A stretch of 64,000 nt of DNA, taken from positions 29,375-93,374 of the forward strand of contig DXGO01000029.1 in assembly GCA_019113885.1 (NCBI GenBank), read 5' to 3'. Position numbers and translations under genes: made by a program. The notes beneath the pieces are model-generated. The model did not search any database. It saw only the letters and a list, made by a program, of their open reading frames with translations, and was not told where the DNA came from. The stretch comes from Candidatus Alistipes intestinipullorum (GTDB lineage Bacteria; Bacteroidota; Bacteroidia; Bacteroidales; Rikenellaceae). Positions within the stretch are counted from its first letter, which is position 1. Each line of letters opens with the position of its first letter. This document shows, piece by piece, positions 49,401-58,573 of the stretch.

Positions 49401-49634
49401 GTGCGTCTGAAGAACCTCGAGATCGGCTACACGCTGCCCAAGAAGTGGGTGTCGAAGGTGGGCATCGAGAACCTGCGGGTTTATCTCAGCGCCTACAACC
49501 TGCTGACGATCACCGGCCTGGATTACCTCGACCCGGAGTTCTACATTCACCCGACGGATGGCGGAGTCTCCAACCTCGGATACTTCTATCCGATCAACAA
49601 GACCTACACCATCGGACTGAACGTCAAATTCTAA
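46500..49634 (+). CDS. susC: SusC/RagA family TonB-dependent transporter
   Basis: VVVGYGTQKK, LKDASAAIYG..NGVVLITTK, RYDASSRF, LKLRASYG, terminal F. Confidence 0.97.
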   Translation: MKFSTNLKNLFKVFLCAVLVSTTFALKAQERTFPVSGIVKDTAGQPVVGATVFDSKTKRGAATDTEGRFTLDVESGSVLNVSFIGYAEQQIPVSRSKSVYDVVLESDAVGIEELVVVGYGTQKKASLTGAVSAISNDDIIKTKNENLQNMLTGKVAGLRVRQNSSEPGQFNTSMDIRGFGAPLVVIDGVPRDNMARLDPEDIEQISVLKDASAAIYGVKGGNGVVLITTKKGTKGRVNINYSGNISWQRPSNFPDLVDAADWMTLYNEKYSMHNVDYVTWVPQYSQEDINAYRSGEKTSYNWKEAVFRNSAPQTQHTVSASGGNDRITFYTSFGYQYQESFFQKTPISYDKYTLRSNISAKIAKNLSLDVNLAGHIDEKKMPNFASSDIVRSTWLFTPLDPFYYDEERNMLHTKDDNTGIVNPLAMIDKDLNGNQSLISRWFQSNFSLRWDMPFVPGLYAKGFFSYDYIMNDNKFYRKAFDTYTSTGAATSFLQGDQADYYVQRNYYGKNHRQWYVQLGYDRTFGRHSVSGMLLFEDQHKVGDNFYGSREVMLPKDEVFVGIGETQQFNQDSGSAALYDYAYQSLAGRFNYDFGGKYLAEFIFRYDASSRFPEGNLRWVFFPSASIGWRISEESFWKESALDFIENLKLRASYGKTGYDGDLNYEFLTGFTYPSGGSILGGEYVNGSVPKGIANKEITWQTITTLDVGLDFSAWNGKLGLSFDYFSRKREGLYATRVLSLPGSVGASLPKENLNSDVNRGFELELSHRNRVGEFVYEVKGNVSFTRRKTLYYERSQLGNSYLNWRQNNNDRFNNIWWGYGEAGRITSWDQIYYNPVYIGRGSVLGDYLYEDWNGDGMISDLDVHPIAYNDTMPMVNFGLTINASWKGLDLSMLWQGAGNRYIIAREFLYEPLWSRTNAIVEHMDRWHPADPTASPYDPATEWVSGKYGYTGSNPNPNSEHALQNARYVRLKNLEIGYTLPKKWVSKVGIENLRVYLSAYNLLTITGLDYLDPEFYIHPTDGGVSNLGYFYPINKTYTIGLNVKF

Positions 49635-49647
49635 AAAAAGCAAAAAC

Positions 49648-51630
49648 ATGAAACGTCTGAAATATTATCTTCTGATTCTTTGCGCAGGCGCTTTCGCCTC
49701 GTGCACCGATTTGGATATTCCGCCGAAAAATATCTTCAACGAACAGGATATCTTCGGTACCGCCGAGGGTGCGACGAGCTATATCGCACGCCTGTACGGT
49801 CAGCTTCCGATGGAGGATTTCCGTTACAGCTTCCAGCACGGCTTCAATTACTCGGGCACCGTTTACCGTCAGATGTGCTGCGCCACGGGTGAGGCCGTGG
49901 GTCGGGACACGCAGTCGTTCTTTGCCGAACCGGGCAGCAACATGTGGGACAGCGCCTACAAGGCTATCCGCGAGGTCAACCTCTTCATCCAGACGCTGCC
50001 CAATTATAAGAACGGATTCACCGAACAGGAATACAATACATTCCTCGGCGAAGCCTATTTTATCCGAGCCTACTTCTACTTCGCGATGGTCAAGCGTCTG
50101 GGCGGCGTGCCGAAGATCGACTATGTGATCGACTATCCGGCCAACGCAACGCTGGAGGATACCTGGACTCCTCGTGCTTCGGAGGAGGAGTGCTGGGACT
50201 TCATCGGCGCGGACCTCGATCTGGCGATCGCCAACCTTCCCGATAAGAACGATTCGGGTCGTGCTACCCGTTATGCGGCAGCCGCGCTTAAGTCGCGTGC
50301 CATGCTCTATGCCGGTTCGATCGCCAAGTACAATACGGTGAACGAGGTGTATCTCGGGAAACGGATTTGCGGAATCCCGGCCGAGCGCGCCACCGACTAT
50401 TTCGAGGCGGCCTACAAGGCCTCGAAGATTGTCGACGAAGGCGGGTACTCGCTCTACAAGGCCCTGTGGTCGGCCGACGACCGCGAGGCTCAGGCCGAGA
50501 ACTTCACGGCGCTGTTCCTCGATGAGAGCGAGAACAATACCGAGACCATCTTCGCACGTTACTACAAGGAGAAGTTCCTCACGCACGACTACGACAACTC
50601 GGTGCAGCCGCGTCAGACCTCGACGGGCGGCAACGACTCGGAGGTCAGCCCGTCGGTCGACTTCATCGAGATGTTCGAAGGCATCGAACTCGACGGCGAG
50701 GGTCACCTCAAGAACTTCGACGATGCAGGCCACTACCTGCTTTACGACAACCCGATGGATGCGTTCGCCAATGCCGAGCCGCGTCTGCTGGGTACGGTGA
50801 TCTTCCCCATGTCGAAATTCAAGGACCAGTACATCGAGATTCGCCGCGGTATCTATACGGGCGCGATCGGTGACGGCATCGACCCCCTGATCAAGGAGGG
50901 TGAAACCGCCGCTTACGAGACACTGAATATCAAGGACCTTCAGACGACTGCCAATTTCAACGGAGGTCCGGCCGTGGAGCTGAAGACTCCCTATACGCCT
51001 TATCCCGGAGCCACGCCCATTACGTCGATGAATATCACGGGCCCCAACGGACCGGTGAACGGCTGGAACTTCGGCAACGTCGGCGGTACGTACCTTCGCA
51101 AGTACCTCGATCCCGAACTGGAGAATAACTCGGGTGGCAAATCCACGCAGCATTGGATCGACATGCGGTACGCCGAGGTGTTGCTCAACCGTGCCGAAGC
51201 TGCCTACGAGCTGACGCAGTTGGGTAAGACGACTGCCGAGGGCGGCGAGAGCTACCTTGACGAGGCATTCCGCTGCATCAACCTCATCCGCGAGCGTGCG
51301 GGCGCCACTCAGCTGGAGTCGGCTTCCGACCTCAACTCGATCGACATCGTGCGCCGCGAGCGTCGCAAGGAGCTGGCATTCGAGAACCTCACCTATTGGG
51401 ACCTCCGCCGCTGGCGTATCTTCTACGACGAGCAGAACAATACGCGCTATCGTATTCTGATGCCGTTCTTCGCGTCGGAAGCAAATAAATATTTCTTCGA
51501 TGTGCGGTATACGGAACCACGAGGCGGATATAATTATATCTTTACATACGATACGCGTTACTATTACCAGCCGCTGCCGTCGGGCGAGCTGGGCAAGAAC
51601 CCCAATCTGAAGGACAACCCCGGATTTTAA
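49648..51630 (+). CDS. susD: SusD/RagB family lipoprotein
   Basis: Lipobox FASC; EAYFIRAYFYF..GGVP, RYAEVLLNRAEA, RRKELAFE..WDLRRW, NPGF. Confidence 0.96.
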   Translation: MKRLKYYLLILCAGAFASCTDLDIPPKNIFNEQDIFGTAEGATSYIARLYGQLPMEDFRYSFQHGFNYSGTVYRQMCCATGEAVGRDTQSFFAEPGSNMWDSAYKAIREVNLFIQTLPNYKNGFTEQEYNTFLGEAYFIRAYFYFAMVKRLGGVPKIDYVIDYPANATLEDTWTPRASEEECWDFIGADLDLAIANLPDKNDSGRATRYAAAALKSRAMLYAGSIAKYNTVNEVYLGKRICGIPAERATDYFEAAYKASKIVDEGGYSLYKALWSADDREAQAENFTALFLDESENNTETIFARYYKEKFLTHDYDNSVQPRQTSTGGNDSEVSPSVDFIEMFEGIELDGEGHLKNFDDAGHYLLYDNPMDAFANAEPRLLGTVIFPMSKFKDQYIEIRRGIYTGAIGDGIDPLIKEGETAAYETLNIKDLQTTANFNGGPAVELKTPYTPYPGATPITSMNITGPNGPVNGWNFGNVGGTYLRKYLDPELENNSGGKSTQHWIDMRYAEVLLNRAEAAYELTQLGKTTAEGGESYLDEAFRCINLIRERAGATQLESASDLNSIDIVRRERRKELAFENLTYWDLRRWRIFYDEQNNTRYRILMPFFASEANKYFFDVRYTEPRGGYNYIFTYDTRYYYQPLPSGELGKNPNLKDNPGF

Positions 51631-51663
51631 TGTTCCGTAACGATTGAAAAACGAAACAACATT

Positions 51664-52422
51664 ATGAAAAAGTTCATATATCTTATTTCCTGTCTGGCGC
51701 TGCTCGGCGTTTCGTGCAGCAAGGACAACTACAGCGAGCCTGAGGAGACTTTCCGTGGAAAATTCATCGACAAGGAGACGGGTGAGCCTTTTCAGACCGC
51801 AATTGGCAACACGGGTATCCGTATCCGGATGATGGAGTACAGCTGGAGTGACAACCCGCAGCCCTACGACTTCTATGCCAAGCAGGACGGCACGTTCCAG
51901 AATACGAAGGTTTTCGCCGGCGAATACGGCATCACTCCTTCGGGGGCATTCGTACCTCTCGAGGAGGAGCGCATAAAGATCCACGGCACGGTGGAGAAGG
52001 TTTACGAAGTGGAGCCGTTGCTGCGTGTGGAGTGGGTCGGCGAGCCTGTCGAGAACAGCGACGGTACGGTCGATGTCCAGGTAAAGGTATCGCGCGGTAC
52101 CGACAACGAGGATTACCAGCAGCCGTTGGCCGAGGCGTGGCTCTTCGTCAGCGAGACGAACTATGTGGGGGATTTCAGTTACAGCCCCAACTACTCGACC
52201 AAGATTTCCGGTACGGCGATCTCGCTCGTGGAGTTCGACAAGGTCTACACGATCCGTACCGGGCAGCCGGGCGGCTACAACCCGGAAGGTTCCTTTACTC
52301 CGATGCCCAATTACGAGCGGAAGTGGTTCCTGCGTTTCGGCGCCCGCACGACCATGCAGTTCGACGGAACGAACCGTTACAACTATACGCCCGTCAAGGA
52401 GATCACGGTGCACGCCCGCTAA
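51664..52422 (+). CDS. DUF3823 family lipoprotein (SusE-position glycan-binding protein)
   Basis: Lipobox GVSC, KDNY..P, DGTFQNTKVF.GEY, NYT; directly after susD. Confidence 0.8.
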   Translation: MKKFIYLISCLALLGVSCSKDNYSEPEETFRGKFIDKETGEPFQTAIGNTGIRIRMMEYSWSDNPQPYDFYAKQDGTFQNTKVFAGEYGITPSGAFVPLEEERIKIHGTVEKVYEVEPLLRVEWVGEPVENSDGTVDVQVKVSRGTDNEDYQQPLAEAWLFVSETNYVGDFSYSPNYSTKISGTAISLVEFDKVYTIRTGQPGGYNPEGSFTPMPNYERKWFLRFGARTTMQFDGTNRYNYTPVKEITVHAR

Positions 52423-52436
52423 TATGTTGAATCCAT

Positions 52437-52472
52437 CCCGGAGCGGTTCGTTGCGGATCGCTCCGGGTTTTT
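52437..52472 (+). terminator. Intrinsic terminator-like hairpin after DUF3823
   Basis: CCCGGAGCGGTTCG-ttg-CGGATCGCTCCGGG plus TTTTT. Confidence 0.7.
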
Positions 52473-52481
52473 AACCGTATT

Positions 52482-53381
52482 ATGACACGTTCTGATACTA
52501 TCCGTCATGCTGTTGGGGTCGATGTCGGCGGCAGCCATGTCTGCGCGGCCGTCGTGGACCTCGGAAGCGGGGCTTTGTGTTCGGAGCCCGTTTCGGTTCC
52601 GGTGGACAGCCATGCCGGTGCCGTTCCCATTCTCGACGCCTGGGCGGAAGGCATCCGCGAGGCGATTCGTCGCTCCGGGGTCGTTCCGAGTGGTGTCGGG
52701 CTGGCCTTTCCGGGGCCTTTCGATTACGTCAGGGGCATTTCGCTCATCAACGGAGTCAACAAGTTTGACCGTATTTACGGACTCGACATCGCAAGTTCTC
52801 TTCGGACCCGGTTGCGTGATACGGGGGTCGATGCATTCCGTTTTGTCAACGACGCTTCGGCGTTTGCGCTGGGTGAGAGCCTCGGAGGCGCGGCTAAGGA
52901 TGCGGAACGTGTCGTAGCCTTGACCCTCGGGACGGGGGTCGGTTCGGGATTCGTTGCCGGACATCGCCTGATCGAAAGTGGCGACGAGGTCCCCGCAAAC
53001 GGATGGGTCTACCATCTTCCGTTCGAGTCGGGCATTGTCGACGAAGCCTTTTCGACCCGGTGGATCTGTTCCCGCTACCGGGAACTGACGGGCCGGACGG
53101 TCGAGGGGGCCAAGCAGGTTGCGGACCGTTATGACGAGGACCCTGCGTCACGGCAGCTTTTCGCCGAATACGGCGAGCGGCTTGCCGCTTTTGCGGGTCC
53201 CGTTCTCGACCGCTTCCGTTGCCGGGTACTGTTGCTCGGCGGCAATATCTCACGTGCCTACGGGTTGTTCCGCCCGACACTCGAGGCCCGCTTCTCGCGC
53301 GACGGCCGGGACGTACAGGTTTGCACGTCCCAATTGCTCGATCGCGCGGCATTGATCGGTGCGGCATCGTTGTTTTTGTAG
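52482..53381 (+). CDS. ROK family sugar kinase (probable manno/hexokinase)
   Basis: GVDVGGSH, PGPFDY, VNDASAFALGE, LTLGTGVGSGF, LGGNI; no Cys-rich Zn motif. Confidence 0.9.
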   Translation: MTRSDTIRHAVGVDVGGSHVCAAVVDLGSGALCSEPVSVPVDSHAGAVPILDAWAEGIREAIRRSGVVPSGVGLAFPGPFDYVRGISLINGVNKFDRIYGLDIASSLRTRLRDTGVDAFRFVNDASAFALGESLGGAAKDAERVVALTLGTGVGSGFVAGHRLIESGDEVPANGWVYHLPFESGIVDEAFSTRWICSRYRELTGRTVEGAKQVADRYDEDPASRQLFAEYGERLAAFAGPVLDRFRCRVLLLGGNISRAYGLFRPTLEARFSRDGRDVQVCTSQLLDRAALIGAASLFL

Positions 53382-53405
53382 CATAATATCATTCTTCTCT
53401 TCTAT

Positions 53406-55169
53406 ATGTCTGCGTTAAGAAAAACCACACAGTATCTGCTACCCGTCGAAAAGCGGGAACAGGCAGAAGGATATGATCTCTATCCGCTTCATGATCTCGG
53501 TGAGGGAAAGATTTTTTGTGATTGTCGGTCGTTGGCCCGGCGTTTGGCCGGGGCTCGGCAGGTTATGATCGACGGATATGTCGGCGTGCGCTTCGACCTT
53601 TTCGCCCGTCAGCTCGGCGACGCGCTTGCCGAACTGGGCATACATCCCGTCTGGTGGAGCACGAAGGCCATGATGAAGCCTGCGGCCGAGATCGACGAAC
53701 TCATTGCGCCCTATTTGGGCGGAGACGACCCGCTTTTCGGATTCCGGACGCCGCTGACGCTGTCCGATCTTTTCGACGAAGAAAAGCTGAACGCCCTGCA
53801 GCCCGATCCCGATGCCGGAATGAATATTCTGCTCGGTGAGGGCGCTGCGCTTGCCGGCTGGGAAGGGCCTTTGGTCTACGTCGACATCCCGAAGAACGAG
53901 ATTCAGTTCCGGGCACGTGCAGCGAGCATTGTGAACTTGGGGGCCGATGCGCCCGATGCCCCGAAGAAGATGTACAAACGCTTCTACTTCGTCGACTGGG
54001 TTATCCTGAACCGCCACAAGAAGGCCATCCTTCCGCGCATCGACGTCATGGTTGACGGACAGCGCGAGGATACGGTCACGTGGGCCGAAGGCGCCGATAT
54101 TCGTGCCGGGCTGGAGTACCTCTCGCACAACGGGTTCCGGGTACGTCCGTGGTTCGAGCCCGGAGCATGGGGAGGCCAGTGGATCAGGGAACACATCGAG
54201 GCCCTTCCTCACGACGTGCCGAACTATGCCTGGTCGTTCGAGCTGATCGTTCCCGAGAACGGAGTGATCTTTGGCAGTTCGGGCCGGATGCTCGAGGTGT
54301 CGTTCGACATGCTGATGTTCGAGGCGGGCGAGCGTGTCGTTGGATCGGCCTGCTATGCCGACTACGGCGACGAGTTTCCGATCCGTATGGACTATCTCGA
54401 CAATTTCGACGGCGGCAACCTCTCGATTCAGTGCCATCCGCAGCGCGAATACATCCGGAAGAACTTCGGGGAGGTACTGGCCCAGGAGGAGACCTACTAC
54501 ATCCTCGACACCCGTCCGGGCGCCGAGGTCTATCTGGGATTCAAGCAGGGTGTCGATCCTGCGGCGTTCGAGCAGGCGCTGACCGAAAGTTTCCACAACG
54601 GGACGGAACTCGATGTGCCGAAATACATCAATGCCGAACCTTCGGCACGCCACAAACTCTTCCTGATCCCTCCCGGGACGCTCCACAGTTCGGGCCGCAA
54701 CAACCTCGTGCTGGAGATCAGCACCACGCCCTACATCTTCACCTTCAAGATGTACGACTGGCTGGCGCTTGACCTCGACGGCAAACCCCGTCCGTTGAAC
54801 ATCCGCCGGGCGATGGAGAACCTCTGTTTCGACCGTCAGGGCGAGAAGGTCGCACGCGAACTGGTGTCGCATCCGGTTCTGCTCGAAAAGGGCGACGATT
54901 GGGAGTTGTGGCACCTGCCCACGCACCGCAACCACTCCTACGACGTGCATCGTTACAAGGTCGGCTCCTCGGTGGAGGTGCAAACCGAAGGGAAATGTCA
55001 CGTGCTGAATCTGGTGGAGGGCGAGACGGCCGAAATCCGTACCGAAGGTGGCATGAGTTTCCCGCTCCACTATGCGGAGACGTTCGTGGTTTCGGCGGCT
55101 GCCGGTTCCTACCGGATCGTCAACACCTCGGGACGCGAGATCATGGTGGTAAAGGCCTTTATGAAGTAG
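53406..55169 (+). CDS. Class I mannose-6-phosphate isomerase-like cupin with a large N-terminal extra domain
   Basis: WGGQW, LSIQCHP, EETYYI, PGTLHS, YTFK-like IFTFKMYDW, RPLNI. Confidence 0.85.
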   Translation: MSALRKTTQYLLPVEKREQAEGYDLYPLHDLGEGKIFCDCRSLARRLAGARQVMIDGYVGVRFDLFARQLGDALAELGIHPVWWSTKAMMKPAAEIDELIAPYLGGDDPLFGFRTPLTLSDLFDEEKLNALQPDPDAGMNILLGEGAALAGWEGPLVYVDIPKNEIQFRARAASIVNLGADAPDAPKKMYKRFYFVDWVILNRHKKAILPRIDVMVDGQREDTVTWAEGADIRAGLEYLSHNGFRVRPWFEPGAWGGQWIREHIEALPHDVPNYAWSFELIVPENGVIFGSSGRMLEVSFDMLMFEAGERVVGSACYADYGDEFPIRMDYLDNFDGGNLSIQCHPQREYIRKNFGEVLAQEETYYILDTRPGAEVYLGFKQGVDPAAFEQALTESFHNGTELDVPKYINAEPSARHKLFLIPPGTLHSSGRNNLVLEISTTPYIFTFKMYDWLALDLDGKPRPLNIRRAMENLCFDRQGEKVARELVSHPVLLEKGDDWELWHLPTHRNHSYDVHRYKVGSSVEVQTEGKCHVLNLVEGETAEIRTEGGMSFPLHYAETFVVSAAAGSYRIVNTSGREIMVVKAFMK

Positions 55170-55194
55170 CGATCTTCGTATTGACGTTGAAAGA

Positions 55195-55231
55195 CGCAGC
55201 CGAATGCATTGCATCCGGCTGCGCTTTTTTT
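55195..55231 (+). terminator. Intrinsic terminator at the end of the PUL
   Basis: CGCAGCCG...CGGCTGCG plus T7. Confidence 0.8.
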
Positions 55232-55263
55232 GTCGGTCGTACCCCTGTTATTCCCGCCCGCTC

Positions 55264-56679
55264 CTACATCAGCGGGGAGAAAAGCCGCATGAACGACTCG
55301 CACAGACGGCGCAACCGTGGGCGGTTAAACCACTCTCCCGGTTTGACCGCGTGGCAGTGCCCGGCATCCTGAGAGAAGATGGCGGCCATGCGGCTCGTGA
55401 AGCCCTGGTCGTAGACGAAGGCATTGATCTCGAAATTGTGCTCGAAACTCCGGAAGTCCATGTTTGCCGAGCCGATCACCGTCAGCAGGTCGTCGACGAT
55501 CAGCAGTTTCGAATGGAGGAACCCGGGCTTGTAGAAGAGAATCTTGACCCCGGCTTTCATCATGTCGTCGAGGTAGGAGTGCGAGGCGAGGTCGACGGCT
55601 TTTGTGTCGGAGCGTGCCGGGAGCATCAGCCTTACGTCGATGCCGGCAAGGGCTGCCACCTGCAGGGCGGAATTGAGCACGTCCGAGGGGAGGTAGTAGG
55701 GGGTCTGGATCCAGATTCGCTGCCGGGCATTGGCGATGGCGTAGCTTTCGGCCTGCAGCAGTGTCCGCCACTTGCCGAAGGGCCCGCTCGGGACAATCTG
55801 CAGGATGTTTTCGGTGAAGTGTTGCGTGGCCGGGAAGTAGTCTGCCCCCGTGATTTGTTGCCGGGTGGTCGCCGACCAGTCGCTCAGAAACGAGATTTGC
55901 AGTCCTGTGGCGCCGCAACCTTCGATCTTGAAGTGCGTATCGCGCCAAATGCCCCATTTCGTGCCGTGGATGTAGCGGTCGGCGATGTTCATGCCGCCGA
56001 TGAATCCCACGCGGCCGTCGATGACGGCGATTTTGCGGTGGTTGCGGTAGTTGACCTTGCTGGTGAAGAGCGGGAACTTGACGTGCAGGAAGGCGTAGAC
56101 CTCGATCCCTTCGCGGCGCATTGTCTCGAAGAAGGCCTTTTTCACGCCGCTGCACCCCACGTCGTCGTAGAGGATGCGCACCTCGACGCCTTCGCGGGCC
56201 TTGGCAATCAGCGCGTCGCGCAGACGTCCTCCTGTTTCGTCATCACAGAAAATATAGTATTGCAGGTGAATGTGGTGCCGGGCCCGGGCGATCTCCTCCA
56301 ACAGTGCCTCGAGTTTCGAGGTGCCGTCGGTATAGGGGGTGATGCGGCTCCCGTGGAGCGGCACCGAATGCAGCGTGTTGACCAGCAGTGCCGCCAGGGC
56401 TTTGTGTCGGGCGGGGATTTCGAAACTTTGTGCGGTGTTCGACTCTTCGAGTCGCAGGGTGATGCGCTTGCGCGTGCGGCGGGAGATGATACGCCGTTTC
56501 GAGAGGTTCTGCCCGAAGAAGAAGTAGAAGATCAGCCCGACGACCGGAGCCAGCAGGAGCACGATGATCCACGGCAACGTCTTGAGCGGGTTCCGGTTTT
56601 CGGTGATGACGACCAGAACGATGCCGAGAATCGTGACCGAGTAGAGTGCGATGAGGAGGTATGTCAGCACCTGCTGCAT
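55264..56679 (-). CDS. cls: Cardiolipin synthase
   Basis: Two N-terminal TM helices and two HKD motifs (RNHRKIAVIDG, LHSKLLIVDD..GSANMD.RS). Confidence 0.95.
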   Translation of the reverse strand: MQQVLTYLLIALYSVTILGIVLVVITENRNPLKTLPWIIVLLLAPVVGLIFYFFFGQNLSKRRIISRRTRKRITLRLEESNTAQSFEIPARHKALAALLVNTLHSVPLHGSRITPYTDGTSKLEALLEEIARARHHIHLQYYIFCDDETGGRLRDALIAKAREGVEVRILYDDVGCSGVKKAFFETMRREGIEVYAFLHVKFPLFTSKVNYRNHRKIAVIDGRVGFIGGMNIADRYIHGTKWGIWRDTHFKIEGCGATGLQISFLSDWSATTRQQITGADYFPATQHFTENILQIVPSGPFGKWRTLLQAESYAIANARQRIWIQTPYYLPSDVLNSALQVAALAGIDVRLMLPARSDTKAVDLASHSYLDDMMKAGVKILFYKPGFLHSKLLIVDDLLTVIGSANMDFRSFEHNFEINAFVYDQGFTSRMAAIFSQDAGHCHAVKPGEWFNRPRLRRLCESFMRLFSPLM

Positions 56680-56736
56680 GGTAGGATCCGTTTCGGGCGG
56701 CTGCCCCGCAATGCCCGGTGCGGGGCTCCGACAGGT

Positions 56737-57759
56737 TTATGGCTGCGGGGTGCTATCCGCTTCGGGGAAGCTGACCGTATAGAGCAGATGCTCAAGCCCG
56801 CGCAGGTAGTTGCGTTTGCGGGGTTTGTTCAAGTCCGGGGCGTAGACGTAGCAGTCGAGCGTGAAAACGCGGTTGGTCTTGGTATCGACGGTCGAGAAAC
56901 TGACGAACGGGCCGCCCATGAAATCCCCGTGGACATCCCAGAACCCGCGCATCTCGCACCACAGGCGTCCTTCGAGCCGGAAGACGCGGTATCCGGGTTC
57001 AAAGGCGTCGGAGGTGATCATGTAGGAGCCGTCGGAAGGGCCGGGGATGCGTGCGGCGAACTTGTTGCGTGCGGCGAACAGCGCCTCGGGCGAGAGCGAC
57101 TGGGGCCCCTCGTAGGGATAGGAGTAGACGAAGAACCCCTGGCTGGCTGTGGGATATTCGTAGCGGGCCCAGATGAAGTCGGGCTGCTGGTCGGCCAGGA
57201 TGTAACCCTTGGGCACGCGCATGTCGACACCGAAGGTGGTGCGGATGGCTGCCTCGATGCCGGAGTTGTTGTAGGTTTTGTTGGTCTTGATCGCGCGGTC
57301 GCGTTCGGCCTGTTCGAAGACGTGCACGAGGTTGTCGCGGTTTTCGGAGACGTAGGCGACCATGGCACTGTCGGAGGGTGCCTGGAGCGTCACGACGATC
57401 TGCGGTTCGGCCGTCACGTCGTACTGCACGGCGGCCTCGGCCGTCGGGACGGCAGGATCGACGAGGACCTTGAGGATGTTGCGGTGGTCGGCGATCATGC
57501 CGGTGAATCCGCGCGGGAGCACACGCATCACATCGAACAGCGGCTCGATCTGGTTCAGGTAGGGAACCGGGGCCGTGAAGACGGCGCGCAGGGAGTCTCC
57601 GACCTCCCCCGTCCATTCCGCCTGGTCGCAGACGACGATCATCTCGTAGGGTTTACCTTGCGAGCTCTTGAGTTTCGACATGGTCTTGAAAGCGTTGCAG
57701 CCCACCGTTGCGAAGGCGATCAGAACGACGAGCGCGAGGCGATGTAGGGACTTTTTCAT
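56737..57759 (-). CDS. DUF4837 family lipoprotein
   Basis: ATG 57759, lipobox TVGC; SQGKPYE, L.Q.EP.FD, RGFW..MGGPFVS. Confidence 0.85.
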   Translation of the reverse strand: MKKSLHRLALVVLIAFATVGCNAFKTMSKLKSSQGKPYEMIVVCDQAEWTGEVGDSLRAVFTAPVPYLNQIEPLFDVMRVLPRGFTGMIADHRNILKVLVDPAVPTAEAAVQYDVTAEPQIVVTLQAPSDSAMVAYVSENRDNLVHVFEQAERDRAIKTNKTYNNSGIEAAIRTTFGVDMRVPKGYILADQQPDFIWARYEYPTASQGFFVYSYPYEGPQSLSPEALFAARNKFAARIPGPSDGSYMITSDAFEPGYRVFRLEGRLWCEMRGFWDVHGDFMGGPFVSFSTVDTKTNRVFTLDCYVYAPDLNKPRKRNYLRGLEHLLYTVSFPEADSTPQP

Positions 57760-57835
57760 TTGCGATCCGTTATTAACAAACAAATATAACATATTTTTTC
57801 CAAATGGCGTGGATTTTGACTACTTTTGCCATTGT

Positions 57836-58444
57836 ATGCGACTCAAACCGCCTAAAATAGTCCGACGCCTGATGCCGGATCTGATCTGGGAGATCGATGA
57901 CAAGGAGGGTGTTTTCCTGACCTTCGACGACGGTCCCACGCCGGGGGTGACGGAGTGGATTCTCTCGATGTTGGACAAGTATGATGCCAAGGCGACCTTT
58001 TTCGTGCTGGGCAAGAACGTCGAGATGTATCCTGACCTTTACCAGCGCATCCTCGATGCGGGCCACAAGGTGGGCAACCATACCTATTCGCACCAGAAAG
58101 GGTGGGGCATGAGCCTGGAGCGCTATACGGAGGATGTCGATTTCGCCAACGACCTGCTCCACACCGAACTGTTCCGCCCGCCCTACGCGCAGATCACTCC
58201 GGCCCAGGCGCGTCTGCTGGGCCAGCGTTACAAACTGGTGATGTGGGATATCATTTCGCGCGACTACAACCGGCGGTTGTCGCCCCGCACGTGCCTCAAG
58301 AACGTGACGAAATACCTCGCGCCGGGGGCTATCGTGGTGTTTCACGACAGCGAAAAGGCCTTCCGCAACATGCGTTATGCCCTGCCGCGGACGCTGGAGA
58401 AGGTCCGCCAGATGGGGTTGCGCTGCAAGGCGATTGAACTGTGA
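57836..58444 (+). CDS. Polysaccharide deacetylase (CE4/NodB)
   Basis: LTFDDGP, ATFF, GNHTYSH, FRPPY, IVVFHD; ATG 57836 follows TACTTTTG at 57821-57828. Confidence 0.93.
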   Translation: MRLKPPKIVRRLMPDLIWEIDDKEGVFLTFDDGPTPGVTEWILSMLDKYDAKATFFVLGKNVEMYPDLYQRILDAGHKVGNHTYSHQKGWGMSLERYTEDVDFANDLLHTELFRPPYAQITPAQARLLGQRYKLVMWDIISRDYNRRLSPRTCLKNVTKYLAPGAIVVFHDSEKAFRNMRYALPRTLEKVRQMGLRCKAIEL

Positions 58445-58573
58445 CCCACGCCGTGCCGACAGGTTGCGGCCGGAGGCGCACGGGGCTTCCCGGGCTCTGC
58501 GGTGGCGATTAGGAAATTCGGGAACTTTTTGTTACCTTTGCGCCCGCGAAGAACACTCAAATACAAAATACCT

